Source: Chiloscyllium plagiosum
Lineage: Eukaryota
DNA: 64,000 nucleotides
NCBI RefSeq assembly: GCF_004010195.1
Contig: NC_057718.1
Location: 95,136,003 to 95,200,002 of the forward strand
Direction of reading: 5' to 3'
The notes beneath the pieces are model-generated. The model was not told the origin of the DNA. It was given only the letters and a program-made list of their open reading frames with translations, and did no database searches. Shown one piece after another: positions 1 through 12,457 of the stretch; position 1 is the stretch's first letter; every line of letters starts with the position of its first letter. Made by a program: the position numbers and the translations under genes.

Positions 1-835
1 ACAGACTAAAATTTGAACTTCAGGATTATTTTCATAATACTTTAATAATGCAGTTAATATACTACTTCTTTACATAATTTTGTTCCTTGTAACGTTAATT
101 ATCTCATTTATACAACAGGTGGCATTCCAAGAGAAATTATCAAAGCCAATAATTCAATCATACAATGAGAAACATAGTTAGCACTTGTCACCCAAATGAG
201 AATATCAATATATTAAAAGCTTTTGTGTGGCCAACTGAGATTTATAACAATCATGCAAAAGCTTTCTACACTATCTAAAAGTAAAAAATAATTTGGCCAA
301 TGCAAATAGACACTTGGCCTCTATCTAGAAGTACTTTACACATTTCTGATCTAAAAATGTCAAAAATCTAAAGCAATCACTGTTTCATAAGAAGCACATT
401 TAATGGCAAAGAAAGCAACGTGTTCATTTTGTACTTTGACTGTCGCAAAGACATCACTTTCTTTTTCCATTAGCTAGCTTCTAGTAAAAGTAATTTTGAG
501 CTTTCCTCACCCAAAATAGAAAACAAATTATCACAATTGCACTGTATGAACTTAAATCTGAAATAATGCACAAACAATGGAAGGTAACATAGTAAATGTA
601 AACATTGATGTGAATGCATCATGCAAATGCCCCCAACCATAATAAAATTTAAATGGCACATTAAATGTATTACAAAATAAAACACTATTTTTCCCCTTGA
701 AGAATATACAATAAACTTTTTTTTAAAAAAGAGAATATGAAAACCAAGAACTTAAATTATTGTTCATGCCACAATGGACTGAGAATAAAAGAACTCTAGT
801 ATTAAAATATGGAAGAATCGAAGAATTGTTTCAGA
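1..835 (-). other. GPCPD1 3' UTR (end not defined, may extend past the window)
   Basis: AT-rich, with no repeats I recognise, downstream of the stop. Only variant ATTAAA signals seen (about 399-404 and 41-46), plus several AUUUA pentamers. Confidence 0.7.
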
Positions 836-1079
836 TCAAAATGAACTACAACTTTGTCCAGAGTCAGATTCTGCACTGAATGCTTCCTGTTCACAGCTTT
901 TTATTTCACTTGGATAACTGCCCTCATTGAAGCTGTCTACCTGAGTTGATTGACAATCAAAATGGCTGACATCAGAACACGAGCAATTGACAAATACTTC
1001 CTCTGTTAATTGTTGTTTCAGTTCCTCAAATTCCTCTACTTGGAAGATATTAGTCTGTCCCAGTACAAAGTCACAGATC
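836..1079 (-). CDS. GPCPD1: GPCPD1 terminal coding exon 19 (ICDFVLGQTNIFQVEE...SGQSCSSF*)
   Basis: Acceptor tttaaacag, NIFQVE motif, open frame to TGA at 838-836. Confidence 0.93.
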
Positions 1080-1252
1080 CTGTTTAAACCAAAAAATATT
1101 TGTTACAAATTTAGAGCACTTTAAAATTTTCCCAGTTACCTTGTTTGTAAGAAACATTTATTAAATTCAGAAGCCAATGGTTTAGTTAGTAACAAGAGCA
1201 AACAGCTAAATAAGATGACCAGAAACTTTCAATCCCCAGTATACACACTGCA

Positions 1253-1570
1253 GGGGCGACATGGTGGCTAAGTGGTTAACACTGCTGCCTCACAGGGACC
1301 CAGGTTTGATTCCAGCCTCGGGCACCTGTCTGTGTGGAGTTTGCACATTCTCCCAGTGGGTTTCCTCTGGGTACTTCGGTTTTCTCCCACATCCAAAGAT
1401 GTGGGGGTTAGGTGAATTGTCCATGCAAAATTGCCCAGTATTCAGGGATGTATAGGTTAGGTGCATGAGTCAGGAGTAAATGTAGAGGAATGGGTTTGGG
1501 TGGGATACTCTGAGGGTCAGTGTAGACTTGTTGGGCCGAAGGGCCTGTTTCCACACAGTAGGGATTCTAA
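1253..1570 (+). mobile_element. HE1-type (V-SINE) tRNA-derived SINE
   Basis: A-box tggctaagtgg, B-box-like ggtttgattcc, V-domain gtgtggagtttgcacattctcc, CR1-like tail. Confidence 0.88.
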
Positions 1571-3017
1571 TTCTAATTATTGTATTACACAATTTCAGAA
1601 CACTACATTTGAGCTTAACAACCCTGGGAGGAGGAAGGACAAAAGAGGAATTAAAAAACAGCACCAAATCGATTTTACTATTCAACAATAGTCACGAAAT
1701 GTGTTGATCTGGTGAGAACACGAGCCATTGCATAAAGCTGCTGAATGACTCACTCGTGTTCACTGCAATGATTCACAGCTGAAGCTTAGTCAAGTTCAAG
1801 AAAGATCTTACAGAAGCAACAAATACAACATGAGAATGTACCTAAAATTAATTTTTGAAGTAAACTAAAAAGTATGTGGTATATTGCTCAAAATGTAATC
1901 AAAAATACTAAAAAATAAATTACCAGAATTCATTTTATGTTTAGCACTAAAGCCCCCCACAATTCACATTCTGGGGTCATAGGAAGTCACGCAGGGAAAG
2001 GAGGTTTGGGAAGTACTGACCAGTAACTTTGCAGGCAGCAAGGAAGTGTTACGGCTGGAGAAAGGAAACAACTTGCCCAGTGCATGGAAGAGAAGCAACT
2101 TGAATACAGAATGAAATAGGGAGAGGAGAAACAGTAACTATTGCCAGTGACATCTGAGATGTCAGAACTTACAAAAACTTCATGGATTGAAAGAACCAGT
2201 AATAGATCTTCCTGGAAAAAAACTGTTTCCTGAAGTGAAAGGCCGAAGAGAAACCGGTTATAAAGGAATTAAAGGCAACATGCTAATTAATGCCTGGGAA
2301 GGAGTCAGAGCAACAAAAACAAGTAGTTTCCTGGGACAGAAGAGGTAACACTGCTTGATTAGCTGCTGCATTGTGGTAAATGAGCAATGAAAACCTCTTG
2401 AAGATCCTGAAGTAAAGGGGTTTAAAAGTAGCACAGACTGTTATAAACAGATAGCTGACAGTATGTAATAAGGAACAGGGAGCTACATCTGGTAAGGTGG
2501 CAAGTTACAGACTTCAGGTCTGCAAAAGCGTAATTACTTTTGGAGGAGTGAGAAGATCTAAAGGATCAATAACATTACACACCACAAAGTTGAAAGAGAG
2601 AAGGTTTAAGAAAGCAACTTTAGAACACTCAGCAGAACTTCGAAGGTAACCCTGCACAAGGATCAAACCCTGGACACTTCCAGAAACAATTAGTTGGAAT
2701 TCCAGCTAAATTCCACCATTAATTGGATTGTAGTCAAGTTCAGCTGCAAGACTTAACTAGCTTACTTGAGGGGTCTTAGTTTGTTTGCCACATGCAATCA
2801 AGTTGAAATCCCTCAATACTTAATTATTTGTGAGATTTCTTAATATATAGCTGAATTAAAGATAGTTTGCAGGGAATTTACCCACAACACATCCATATTC
2901 TGAACATGTCAAAACAATAAACATTTTTTTTCTTTCAAATCATGAGCAGTTACTGATTTTAACAATTGACAACAACATAAAATGTAGTACAATTCAACAA
3001 GTCTTCTTTGGTCTTAC

Positions 3018-3178
3018 TTATCATAGATGAGCCCATCAATTCCACTCGTCTTCAGTATTCTCCTGTTTTCAGACTCATTGGTATCATCGCCCCAACAAAA
3101 AATGACCAAATCTCTTGACTTGGCTTGCTGGATATAGTCCAGGTTTCTGAGCAAGTCCTCTGTGTGAACATTGATTCC
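3018..3178 (-). CDS. GPCPD1: GPCPD1 coding exon 18 (GINVHTEDLLRN...FCWGDDTN...GIDGLIYD)
   Basis: 161 nt, follows a 126-nt intron, donor TAA|GTAAGA. Confidence 0.96.
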
Positions 3179-3304
3179 CTTTTCACCAAAAACAAAAAAA
3201 AAGCTTTAAGCAGCTGAAAAAAGGTCATGTTATTTGAAAGCATAATACTAAAAGATAGTATTCTTCTGCCAGCGTATAATAATGTGTACAGGACCAATCC
3301 CTAC

Positions 3305-3440
3305 CAGAATGCTTTCTGACTGTGCAAAACTCATCGCAATTGGTGTGCTTCGGCAACGGAGATCCATAAGCTCTGAATAGACGTTAGAATAACCTTGGGT
3401 CAAGAAAAGAACTGGATACTTGTTTTGCTTCTGTCTGATC
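3305..3440 (-). CDS. GPCPD1: GPCPD1 coding exon 17 (IRQKQNKYPVLFLTQG...PIAMSFAQSESIL)
   Basis: 136 nt, acceptor cttcctag, donor CTG|GTAGGG. Confidence 0.96.
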
Positions 3441-3974
3441 CTAGGAAGATAAAATTGATCAGTATTTAACTCAGAGAACCAAAATATTTGTACTTCCCTT
3501 TCTACTGTTTTTGGTGAGAGGACTAACAGGAAAGAGGAGGTAACATCTGGTGCTTTAAACTTACTTCACTGGGACTTTCAAGTTGTAGGCTCAGACTATG
3601 CTGCTATTATATCATACTGTACTACTGCTGGCAAGAATAGTTTGTCAGGAGCATTGAGGCTATGATATTGATGCAACACCTTAAAAACTTACTGAACTGC
3701 CAGAGCTACTAGCAAGTTTTAAAATGAGATCAATTTAGTGTATGAAGTTGAGAGTCGCCATGTCTATTTAAGTGCAATCCTTTGCTAATTCTTGATGCTG
3801 TGACTGCACCAGCTACAGCCAGAATTATAGCACTATTATCTTTTCACTACACCCATTGTTCAAAATCTTAGACCAGCTTTTCATTTCAGTCACCAAACCC
3901 TACCACTTTTATTGACTCTAAAATCAATGGATGCTGATAACCCTTCTTTGCTACTTCATACAAAATAAAGTTGC

Positions 3975-4122
3975 AGTCCAACAGATTTATTTGGTAGCTA
4001 ACTGACAAAGGAGCAGTGCTCCAAAAGCGAGTGCTTCCAAATAAACCTGTTGGCCTATAATCTGGTGTTGTACGATTTTTAAACTTTGTCCCCCCCAGTC
4101 CAACACTGGCACTTACACATCA
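3975..4122 (+). mobile_element. Family B short element (degenerate CTGAnGA-ggagcagtgctcc-GAAAgc core)
   Basis: Clearly homologous to 12279-12457; has inverted flanks. Confidence 0.65.
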
Positions 4123-4512
4123 TTGTACAAAATAGTTGAGAGGCAGTGTAGGTGGACTGTGGCTCACAAGGTCACTGTCAGATCCAAATCTAACGTCACA
4201 CAACAAATTGCATTGAGCAGTTATGGATCCGACCTTCCCCACCACTCCTGTTTTCTATCTGCTCCAGACGTACAGATGTCTTGATACATTGGACAAAATC
4301 AGGAATCAGTGTCCACTGGTTAAAAGATTAAATGCTTATGCAAGATAAATGGCTAGTGATTTTATAGAATCATAGGGAAGGAATGTAAACATTATTAGCA
4401 ACGGTAATGGGAGGAAAAAAATACATTTTCTTAAATATTTACAGATATGGCAATCAGAATATACAACATAGAAATAAAAATACTAATCCCAAACATCAAA
4501 GAACAAACTTAC

Positions 4513-4649
4513 ATTGAACAGACATCAGCAACAAATGAGGAGAACACTATTCTTCGCTTAGATGCATTTTCCAAGATGCATTTTAGGATTACATCTACAG
4601 CTTGATTCATGTCCAAATATGTTGGCAAATTGCCCTCCCAGGTACCATC
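4513..4649 (-). CDS. GPCPD1: GPCPD1 coding exon 16 (DGTWEGNLPTYLDMN...KRRIVFSSFVADVCS)
   Basis: 137 nt, canonical splice sites, FSSF motif. Confidence 0.96.
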
Positions 4650-5082
4650 CTGTTAACAGGAGAAAATAATTTTTCTTGTTGTTTCTATTGACAGCCAATG
4701 CAGTTAAAAATAAAGTTTGACAAACAAACATTACCGAAAGTGAAACCTTTAATACAATGGTCTACCATATACATTGGAGTATCCTTTATCCACTGCCATG
4801 CCAATAATTTATTGAAAATTAAACAAAGCTGTACATATATTTGACAATTTCCTCCTCCCATAACAGAAGAGTGCACACTAGCAATTCAAAATTGCATTGT
4901 TCAGGCAAATTGTGCAGAACTGTGATAAAATTCCACGCTACAGCCTTGTGCCTGTTGGGTTACTATTTTGAATTAACATCCCTGAGGGATCAACAAACTT
5001 GAGGCTGTAATCTTAAATCTAGATATAAAAGCAGTTAGTAAACGATGCATGAAAGAATGGTCAGGATACTTGCTCTTCAAAT

Positions 5083-5418
5083 AATGGCCTAGTGGTATAA
5101 TCGCTAGCCTATTAATCCAGAGATCCAAGTAATATTGAGGACTTGGGTCAAATCCCACCATGCCAGATGGTGGAGTTTGATGTCAATTTAAAAATTAAGA
5201 GCATAATGATGATCATGAAACTGCTGTCGATTGAACCCATTTGATTCAAAGATGTCCTTCAGGGAAGGAAATCCATCATCTTTACCTAGTCTGGCCTTGG
5301 TGCGATTCCTGACCCACAGCAGTGTGGTTGACTCTTAACTGCCTTCTGGGCATTTAGCGATGGCCAATACATGCTGGCCTAGCCAGTGATGCCTGTATCC
5401 CATGAATAAGTTAAAAAA
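5083..5418 (+). mobile_element. SacSINE1-like (DeuSINE) element
   Basis: tggcctagtgg..taatccagag..caaatcccaccatg..ccttcagggaaggaaat..tggttgactcttaactgcc. Confidence 0.75.
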
Positions 5419-5794
5419 CCCCATGAAAATACCACTTCAAACAATACAGCATTCTCCTCACACCTCAATGGATTATTATCCTAGATTAACTATTTAAGAT
5501 TTGAGCTTGCAATCAACTGAGTCAGAGGCAACAGTGCTACTGACCAACCTAAATTATATCAACACTTGCTAATTCACTATACCTTGTTATAGATTGAGGG
5601 CCTCTCCTTTCCAGTCTGTTGAAAGTCAATTAGTTTAAAAAAAATCAAAACCAAGAATGGGCAAATGTGTCAGTCTTTGAAAGTGAAAGGCTTTCTTAGA
5701 ACTCATTATCAACAGATTATGTTAACACTCTAATAATGACAATCAGACCGCTGCACCCACTACATCACAAAGATTGCGATGCTATGCGACTTAC

Positions 5795-5860
5795 CTTTTG
5801 TTGATAAGGCCATTTAATTTCAATGTTGAATCCAATATGCTCAGGCACACATACCAAAAC
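5795..5860 (-). CDS. GPCPD1: GPCPD1 coding exon 15 (VLVCVPEHIGFNIEIKWPYQQK)
   Basis: 66 nt, NIEIK motif, donor AAG|GTAAGT. Confidence 0.96.
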
Positions 5861-6250
5861 CTAAAAAAAATAATATTTATTTCATGCTGAAATTCATCAG
5901 TATTATTTGACCCACAAAAAAAGAAATTTCACAAATACTTAATTGTAACAACCTATTAAAATAGGATGAAACTTTAAAATGCAAAAATATGGCTGCTGCC
6001 AAAAGGATGGATTTGAACATAATTCTTAGAGAAATAAATCAAAACAAAATATCTATGGATGAATTAAGATCCCGCCAACAAGCAGCTATTTTATTCCGCT
6101 CACATATCACCTCCCAACTCTTATGCAAAACTCTTCAACGGGAGTGGAGAGGGTTTAGTGTTATCACAGGATTAAAGTATGAAAAAGGTGCATCAAAGTT
6201 ACCTACTAGATATTCTACATAATCAATATTTTGTATCACAAACTGCGTAC

Positions 6251-6312
6251 CTGTTGCAAAGAAGGAAATGGTTGATTTTCTGAAGCATCATTTTCTTCAT
6301 CCACTGAATTTT
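6251..6312 (-). CDS. GPCPD1: GPCPD1 coding exon 14 (ENSVDEENDASENQPFPSLQQ)
   Basis: 62 nt, acceptor tttcctcag, donor CAG|GTACGC. Confidence 0.95.
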
Positions 6313-6885
6313 CTGAGGAAATTAAAAATTCAAAGAACTTAGGCAATTTAAAAAAAACAAATGAGATCATATAGCTCCATATAAACTAACAGATAAGCAC
6401 AATGGTTAAAGAAAGCTAAACATATAAATCTTAAACTAACAAATTCTACAAGGCTTTACTTTCCCAGTTAAAGGTGTGTTTATCTTTAACCCTTGTTAGC
6501 ATCACAGAAACCAGCAACAGCTGTGGTAGGATGGCTGATATTTGATTAAGTACATACTTATTTCAGAGTTTAATTCAGAGTTTGCAATAAGTAAGTGAGA
6601 TTTGTATTCCTTCTCTCTAATTTATATACAAAAATAGATGGAGATAGAAAAACCAAAATAATGCTTCTAAATTCAAAGCAAAACCAGTCTTGTCATTCAT
6701 GTAAAGAAAACTTCAAGTTACTCAGAAAAGAATTAAGCAAACATTTAAAAACTGCTTTAAAAAGTAGATTTTTTTTGAAGATTATTGCAAGATAGCTCTT
6801 AAAAGATATTAAAATACATTACTGTAATTATTATAAAATCACAATGATATATGGAACTTTGGAAATTTTCCAAGTTAATATGTAC

Positions 6886-6925
6886 CTTTATCACCATTCA
6901 CCTTCAAAGCAGCCACATGAGCCAA
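6886..6925 (-). CDS. GPCPD1: GPCPD1 coding exon 13 (LAHVAALKVNGDK)
   Basis: 40 nt, acceptor tatctttcag, donor AAG|GTACAT. Confidence 0.93.
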
Positions 6926-7101
6926 CTGAAAGATAAAAATGGCAAGTGAGTGTGTCACTTATTTGTTATGTACAACAGTATGAATGCAGCAGTTCACTAC
7001 TGTGTCCAACCTTCTGAACATTGTCACAACATCCAACTTTATTCGTACATGTATAAACACAGGCTTGCTCACATGTCTATAACATCTGCATATTATGTTT
7101 G

Positions 7102-9403
7102 CGATTTTAGAGAAGATTTGTAGCTCAGGTTGTAAGTTTATTCGCTGAGCTGGTAGATTTGTTCTCAGACATTTTCTCACCATGCTAAGTAACAGTGAGC
7201 CTCTGATGAAGCGCTGAGGTTCTATCCTGCTTGCTATATATCTGCCTTGGTCTTTTGTGGTGGGTGATATCACTTCTGGTTCTTTTTCTGAAAGATTTGA
7301 AAATGGGGTCCAAATCGATATGTTTGTTAATAGAGTTCCATTTTGAATGCCAGGCCTCTAGGAATTCCCGTGTGTGTCTTTGTTTAACCTGTCCCAGGAT
7401 CGATGTATTGTCCCAGTCGAACTGGTGTCCCTTTTCATCTGTGTATATGGATACTAGTGATAGGTGGTGATGTCTTTTGGTTGCTAGTTGGCGCTCATGT
7501 ATCCTGGTGGATAGTTTCCTACCCACCTATCCAACGTAAGGTTTGTTACAATCCTTGAATGATATTTGTATGTGATGTTTATTTTGCTGGTTGTTGGTAC
7601 AACCAGAAGCCGTTTCAGCTCTGATAGTAGTGGTGGTAGGTTCGTGGGCTACTATGATGGCTAGGGGCCAGAGTAGTCTGGTCGTCATCTCAGAGATGTC
7701 TTTAATATATTGCAATGGCCAGAGTCTATGGGCGTGTTGTCTCTTGTTTAGGCCTGTTGTGTAGGAATCACTGGATTGCGTTCATCGGGTACACCTTGTT
7801 CCTGAATATGTCATACAGGTGTTTTTCCTTAGCTTCGTGTAGGTCCTGGGAGCTGCAGTGCTTTATGGCTCATTTAAATAATATCCTGATGCAACTCCAT
7901 TTGTGGGAGTTGGGACAACTGCCCTTGTAGCTGAGTACCTAGTCTGTGTGTGGCTTTCCTGTATACGCTGGTCTGCAGCTCTCCATTGGTTTTTCATTCT
8001 ACTGTGACATCTAGAAAGGAAAGGCTGTTGTTGTTCTCTTCCTCTTTGGTGAACCTTATACCAATAAGGATGTTGTTTATGTGCTTATGGGTTTCTTCTA
8101 ATTTGTCGCGTTTCGTGATGACAAAGATGTCATCCACATAGAGGAGCCAAAGCTTGGGCTGGATCATGGGAAGGCTGTTCGTTCTAATCTCTGCATAACT
8201 GCTTCTGCTAAGCGTCCTGATATTGGTGATCCCATAGGTGTCCCATGATTTGTTTGTAGGTCTTGTCCTTGAAGGTGAAATGGGTTGAGGGGCACAGGTC
8301 TACTAGTTTGAGGATGCTGTCCTGCTGATGGAGTTGGTGCTGTCAGGTGTTTGTGCCCTTGGTTCTTCTAGCAGTGAGGCCAGGTTTCTTTGGCGAGGGT
8401 GATGCTTATTGATGTGAATAGGGCAGTCATGTCGAAGGAAACCATGACCTCGTCGTCCTCTACCTTGGTGTCTCTGATGATGTGAAGAAATTCCTGGGTG
8501 GATTGGCTTAAGTCTTCTGCTAGGTGTTGCAGTTCCTTTGCTGGTCTATATGCCGGTGTACCGGGAAGTGAGATTATGGGTCTGAGGGGCCCCTTCTTTA
8601 TGTATCTTTGGTAATCCGTAGAAATGGGGTGTGTTGGATCCTTCAAGTTTCATTCTTTGGAGATCTGTCTTGTTAATTTCACCTGTCTTGTGAAGTTTCC
8701 ATAGAGGATGCTGTAATACGGTTTTCGATCTGCTAGTAGTGTTCTTGCTTTTTCAATGTATTGTTCTGGTCAGGATGACAGTCATGTGCCCTTTGTCTGC
8801 CAGTACGATTACGATATTTCTATTTTTTTTTCTGAGTCCTGTGAGGGCTGCCTTTCCAGTGTGTTGAGGGTGCTTCTTTCTGTTTAGTGTTGGTGCTACA
8901 GTCTATCTGAAGGCTTGCTGGATTTCTTCCCTAAGTCCATTATCTTCCTGGATTGATTCCAGTGCTGCTACGAGTCCTTTTTGTCCATGTCCCTGTGGTT
9001 GAAGTTTATCACTCGTACTAGGACGGCTTTTTCCGTGTCTGAGAGTGGTCGGTCTGACAGGGTCTTTATCCAAGTGTCTGAATTGTCCGTGTTATTGCTG
9101 TCATGAACTTAGCCAGTTTTTCTTGTAGGGCTAGTCTCTTCTTTGTCTTGGGCCACTGTTGTTTAGTGTCGATGGCTCGTTCTAGCGTACTCATCCATTC
9201 ATGGTCAATCGTGTTAATGTAGAGTTTTTTTGGTGTGAAATTTCTCATTCATATTTGTGGAATTGGTTGTGGGCATCATTTATCATTTCTCGTAGCATCC
9301 TACGGCTGTTCTGTTGTGCTGTTCTTCTAGCTTGTGGGGTGTTGAAATGTGTCAAATACAAACCACCTCTCAACACCCCACAAGCCAGAAGAACAGCAGA
9401 ACA
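7102..9403 (-). mobile_element. Decayed Penelope-like retroelement (RT plus GIY-YIG), 5'-truncated with an inverted end
   Basis: Frameshifted ORF pieces PLRPIISLPGTPAY, MVSFDMTALFTSI, YVDDIFV (about 8140) and GRKLSTRIHE...FDWDNTSIL...FLEAWHS. The 3' end resembles 39360-39745. Confidence 0.9.
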
Positions 9404-10297
9404 TCCTGCAGTCAAAGACAGGGTGGGAGTAGGGGTTAAGGGGTAAAATAGGTGGAGATAGTGCCCGAGGAGAAAGAAAAAGAAAGAATATCTTGCTCAT
9501 CAGTGAACTGTTGTGAAGACTGGAATAGTTCAAAAGTTTTGTTGTTCCTTTCTTATTCAAAGGCTTTTTCCTTTACTCCAACATCTCTATGGCAAATCAT
9601 TCTCTAAACAGGTGAGACTTCTAACCGATGCTCCCTCTAAATGTCTTTTTCATGCATGCAATGCTCTCAGGTCTGAACTGACAGTGACTTCTGAAACTGG
9701 AAATCAATGCTGCATTCCACATTGGCAAGCCGATCTACACATGAGGTACGTCAGAGGGGCTGAGTGAGCGCTGAGCCAAAAGGGAATGTTGCTTCTAACC
9801 CTCTAGTAAAACTACCTTTTAATCCATACTTTTCTCCTGGTAATGTCATCGCTTGGCCAAGACTACTGCTTTGAAACATGCAATGATTCTGTCAATGGTT
9901 CTGAAGAAGCCATTGGACTCAAACATTTCAACTGTTTCTTTCCACAGATGTTGCCAGGACTGAGCTTTCCAGCACTTTCTGTCCTAAGGTACCAAGCTCT
10001 GAATATTATTGCTGAATAAGCACATGCAGATTTCCAACATTACTATGGCAATTGTCCTACCAAAAAGTATTTTATTTACTGTAAACGGTTTTGGAACATT
10101 CTGGGATCACCGGAGTTGCTTTCACATGAAATAGGTGAATGATTTTAACAACTGCAATCATGTTTATTATTTGTGCTATACTGTTACATTATATTCATCC
10201 AGATCAATCTAGCATACCTTGCTTTCTCTGTTTGTCATTAAATACATAACTGGAATGTATAGTACTGTTAGATATTCTTAACTATATCATTTCAGAC

Positions 10298-10375
10298 CTT
10301 TAGTAGCTGCAACTGCTCAAATGTAAGTTCCTTTACTGGAATTTCAAATAGTTCCGAAGATTCTTTGTCCATTTT
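10298..10375 (-). CDS. GPCPD1: GPCPD1 coding exon 12 (KMDKESSELFEIPVKELTFEQLQLLK)
   Basis: 78 nt, acceptor tttgtttccag, donor AAG|GTCTGA. Confidence 0.96.
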
Positions 10376-10871
10376 CTGGAAACAAACAGAAATGGAAACA
10401 TGAGTAATACTACTTCAAAAAAGTCAGAACTATTGATACAGAAGATTGAGAACTGTTATAAAAAAGTCGAATCACAACAATTAGAGACATGAACATCACA
10501 CCACCACTTAGAATAAAACAGATTCCGCTTACAGGAACACTGTTTTAGAGCATTATTATGAATGAAGTGGATAATGATTTTTCAATAGGGTAACATTTCT
10601 ACATAATTTTCAAGCTATCAAATGCAGTTGGAATACTTGCATCGAGGTTTTCACCAGCACAGACAAGAGGGAAGAATTTAATAACAGTCTAAATTTAAAT
10701 ATCAACTTCGCACAAAAAAATGGCTTCCTTTACAGAATGCTTGAAGAGACGTTTACGATACGGTGCTCTAACATGAAAAAGATTTGTAAATGACTTTATC
10801 AACTGCTGTCATGTTTATTATTTGTGCTGCAACGTTTCATTATATTCATTCAGGTCAGCCTAGCACATCTT

Positions 10872-12012
10872 TGTTGGTAAAATTCTAGAATCCATCATTA
10901 AGGATGAGGTTTCTAAATTCTTGGAAGAGCAGAGTCTGATTAGAACAAGTCAACATGGATTTAGTAAAGGGAGGTCATGCCTGACAAACCTGTTGGAATT
11001 TTTTGAAGAGGTAACAAGTAGGTTAGACCAGGGAAACCCAGTGGATGTGGTCTATCTAGACTTTCAAAAGGCCTTTGATAAGGTGCCACACGGGAGGCTG
11101 CTGAGCAAGGTTAGGGCCCATGGTGTTCGAGGTGAGCTGCTGGGATGGATTGAGGATTGGCTGTCTAACAGAAGGCAGAGAGTTGGGATAAAAGGGTGGT
11201 CTTTGCTGTAATAAAATCCATCCCCTGTCTGAAAGCAACTTAGAATCATAAAGTGCTCACAAGAGGAGGCTATTCAGCCCATAATGTCCATAGTAGGCCA
11301 CAACAAATCAGCCTGTTCCACTCGTAGAATCCCTACAAAGTGGGAGCAGGCCATTCAGCCCATCAAGTCTGCACTGGCCCTCCAAATGGCATCTCACCCC
11401 CTTCCTGTAACCCTGCATTCCCCATGGCTAACCCACCTAGCCTGCCCATCCCTGGATGTTATGGAATAATTTAGCATGGCCAATCCACCCTAACCTGCAA
11501 ATCTTTGGATTGTGGAAGGAAACCAATGCAGCCACAGGGAGAATGTGCAAACTCCAGGCAGACAGTCGCCTAAGGGTAGAATCGAACCCGGGTCCCTGGA
11601 GCCATGAGGTAGCAGTGCTAACCACTGAGCTACTGTTCCACCCCGATGCCATCTCACAGGCCTGGCTTGGAAAAGGTGGATGCTAGGAAATTGTTTCTGT
11701 TAGACGAGGAGACTAGGACCCGTGGACACAGCCTTAGAATTAGAGGGGGTCATTTCAGAACAGAAATGCGGAGGCATTTCTTCAGCCAGAGAGTGGTGGG
11801 CCTGTGGAATTCATTGCCACGGAGTGCAGTGGAAGCCGGGACGCTAAATGTCTTCAAGGCCGAGATTGATAGATTCTTGTTGTCTCGAGGAATTAAGGGC
11901 TACGGGGAGAACGCTGGTAAGTGGAGCTGAAATGCGCATCAGCCATGATTGAATGGCGGAGTGGACTTGATGGGCCGAATGGCCTTACTTCCACTCCTAT
12001 GTCTTATGGTCT
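10872..12012 (+). mobile_element. CR1 LINE fragments (RT 10872-11196; 3' end about 11660-12012) interrupted by an HE1 SINE
   Basis: QHGFSKGRSCLTNL..VYLDFQKAFDKVPH; TRGHSLRI..FFSQRVVGLWNSLP; tail ctcctatgtcttatggt. Confidence 0.92.
11325..11640 (-). mobile_element. HE1-type SINE
   Basis: Reverse complement of the 1253 element. Confidence 0.88.
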
Positions 12013-12278
12013 TTCTTTCTATTGCTATACTCTCATAATATTATATAGGGAGTCCCTTCACACTTTGCCTCAGGTTTCAAAAGGAAAGTTGTTACAAACA
12101 TTGTATTTTTTTCATCCAATTGCAATAGCAAATACACTGGAATTCAGGCCAAAGCTTCCTTCAATCATCAGAGCCTTAAAGGCACTTAGTAACATTCCAT
12201 ATTCATATGAGATCGAATTTCCAAGATGATCAAGTTATAGGCAATTTTACTGGATAGACCGTCATTGGGGGAAAGATT

Positions 12279-12457
12279 ACAACACCAGGTTATAGTCTAA
12301 CATATTTATTTGAAAGTACAAGCTTTTGGTGCACTGCTAGTTACCGAACAAAGGAGCAGTGCTCCGAAAGCTTGCATTTTCAAATAAACCTGCTGGACTA
12401 TAACCTTGTGATTTTTAATTTTGTCCACCCAAGTCCAACACCAGCACCTCCACATCA
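12279..12457 (+). mobile_element. Family B short element, palindromic
   Basis: ggttatagtc..tttatttgaaa / tttcaaataaa..gactataacc arms around ggagcagtgctccgaaagct. Confidence 0.65.

Noticed and set aside
1253..1330. tRNA gene
   Set aside because: The A/B boxes belong to the tRNA-derived SINE head; no complete cloverleaf.
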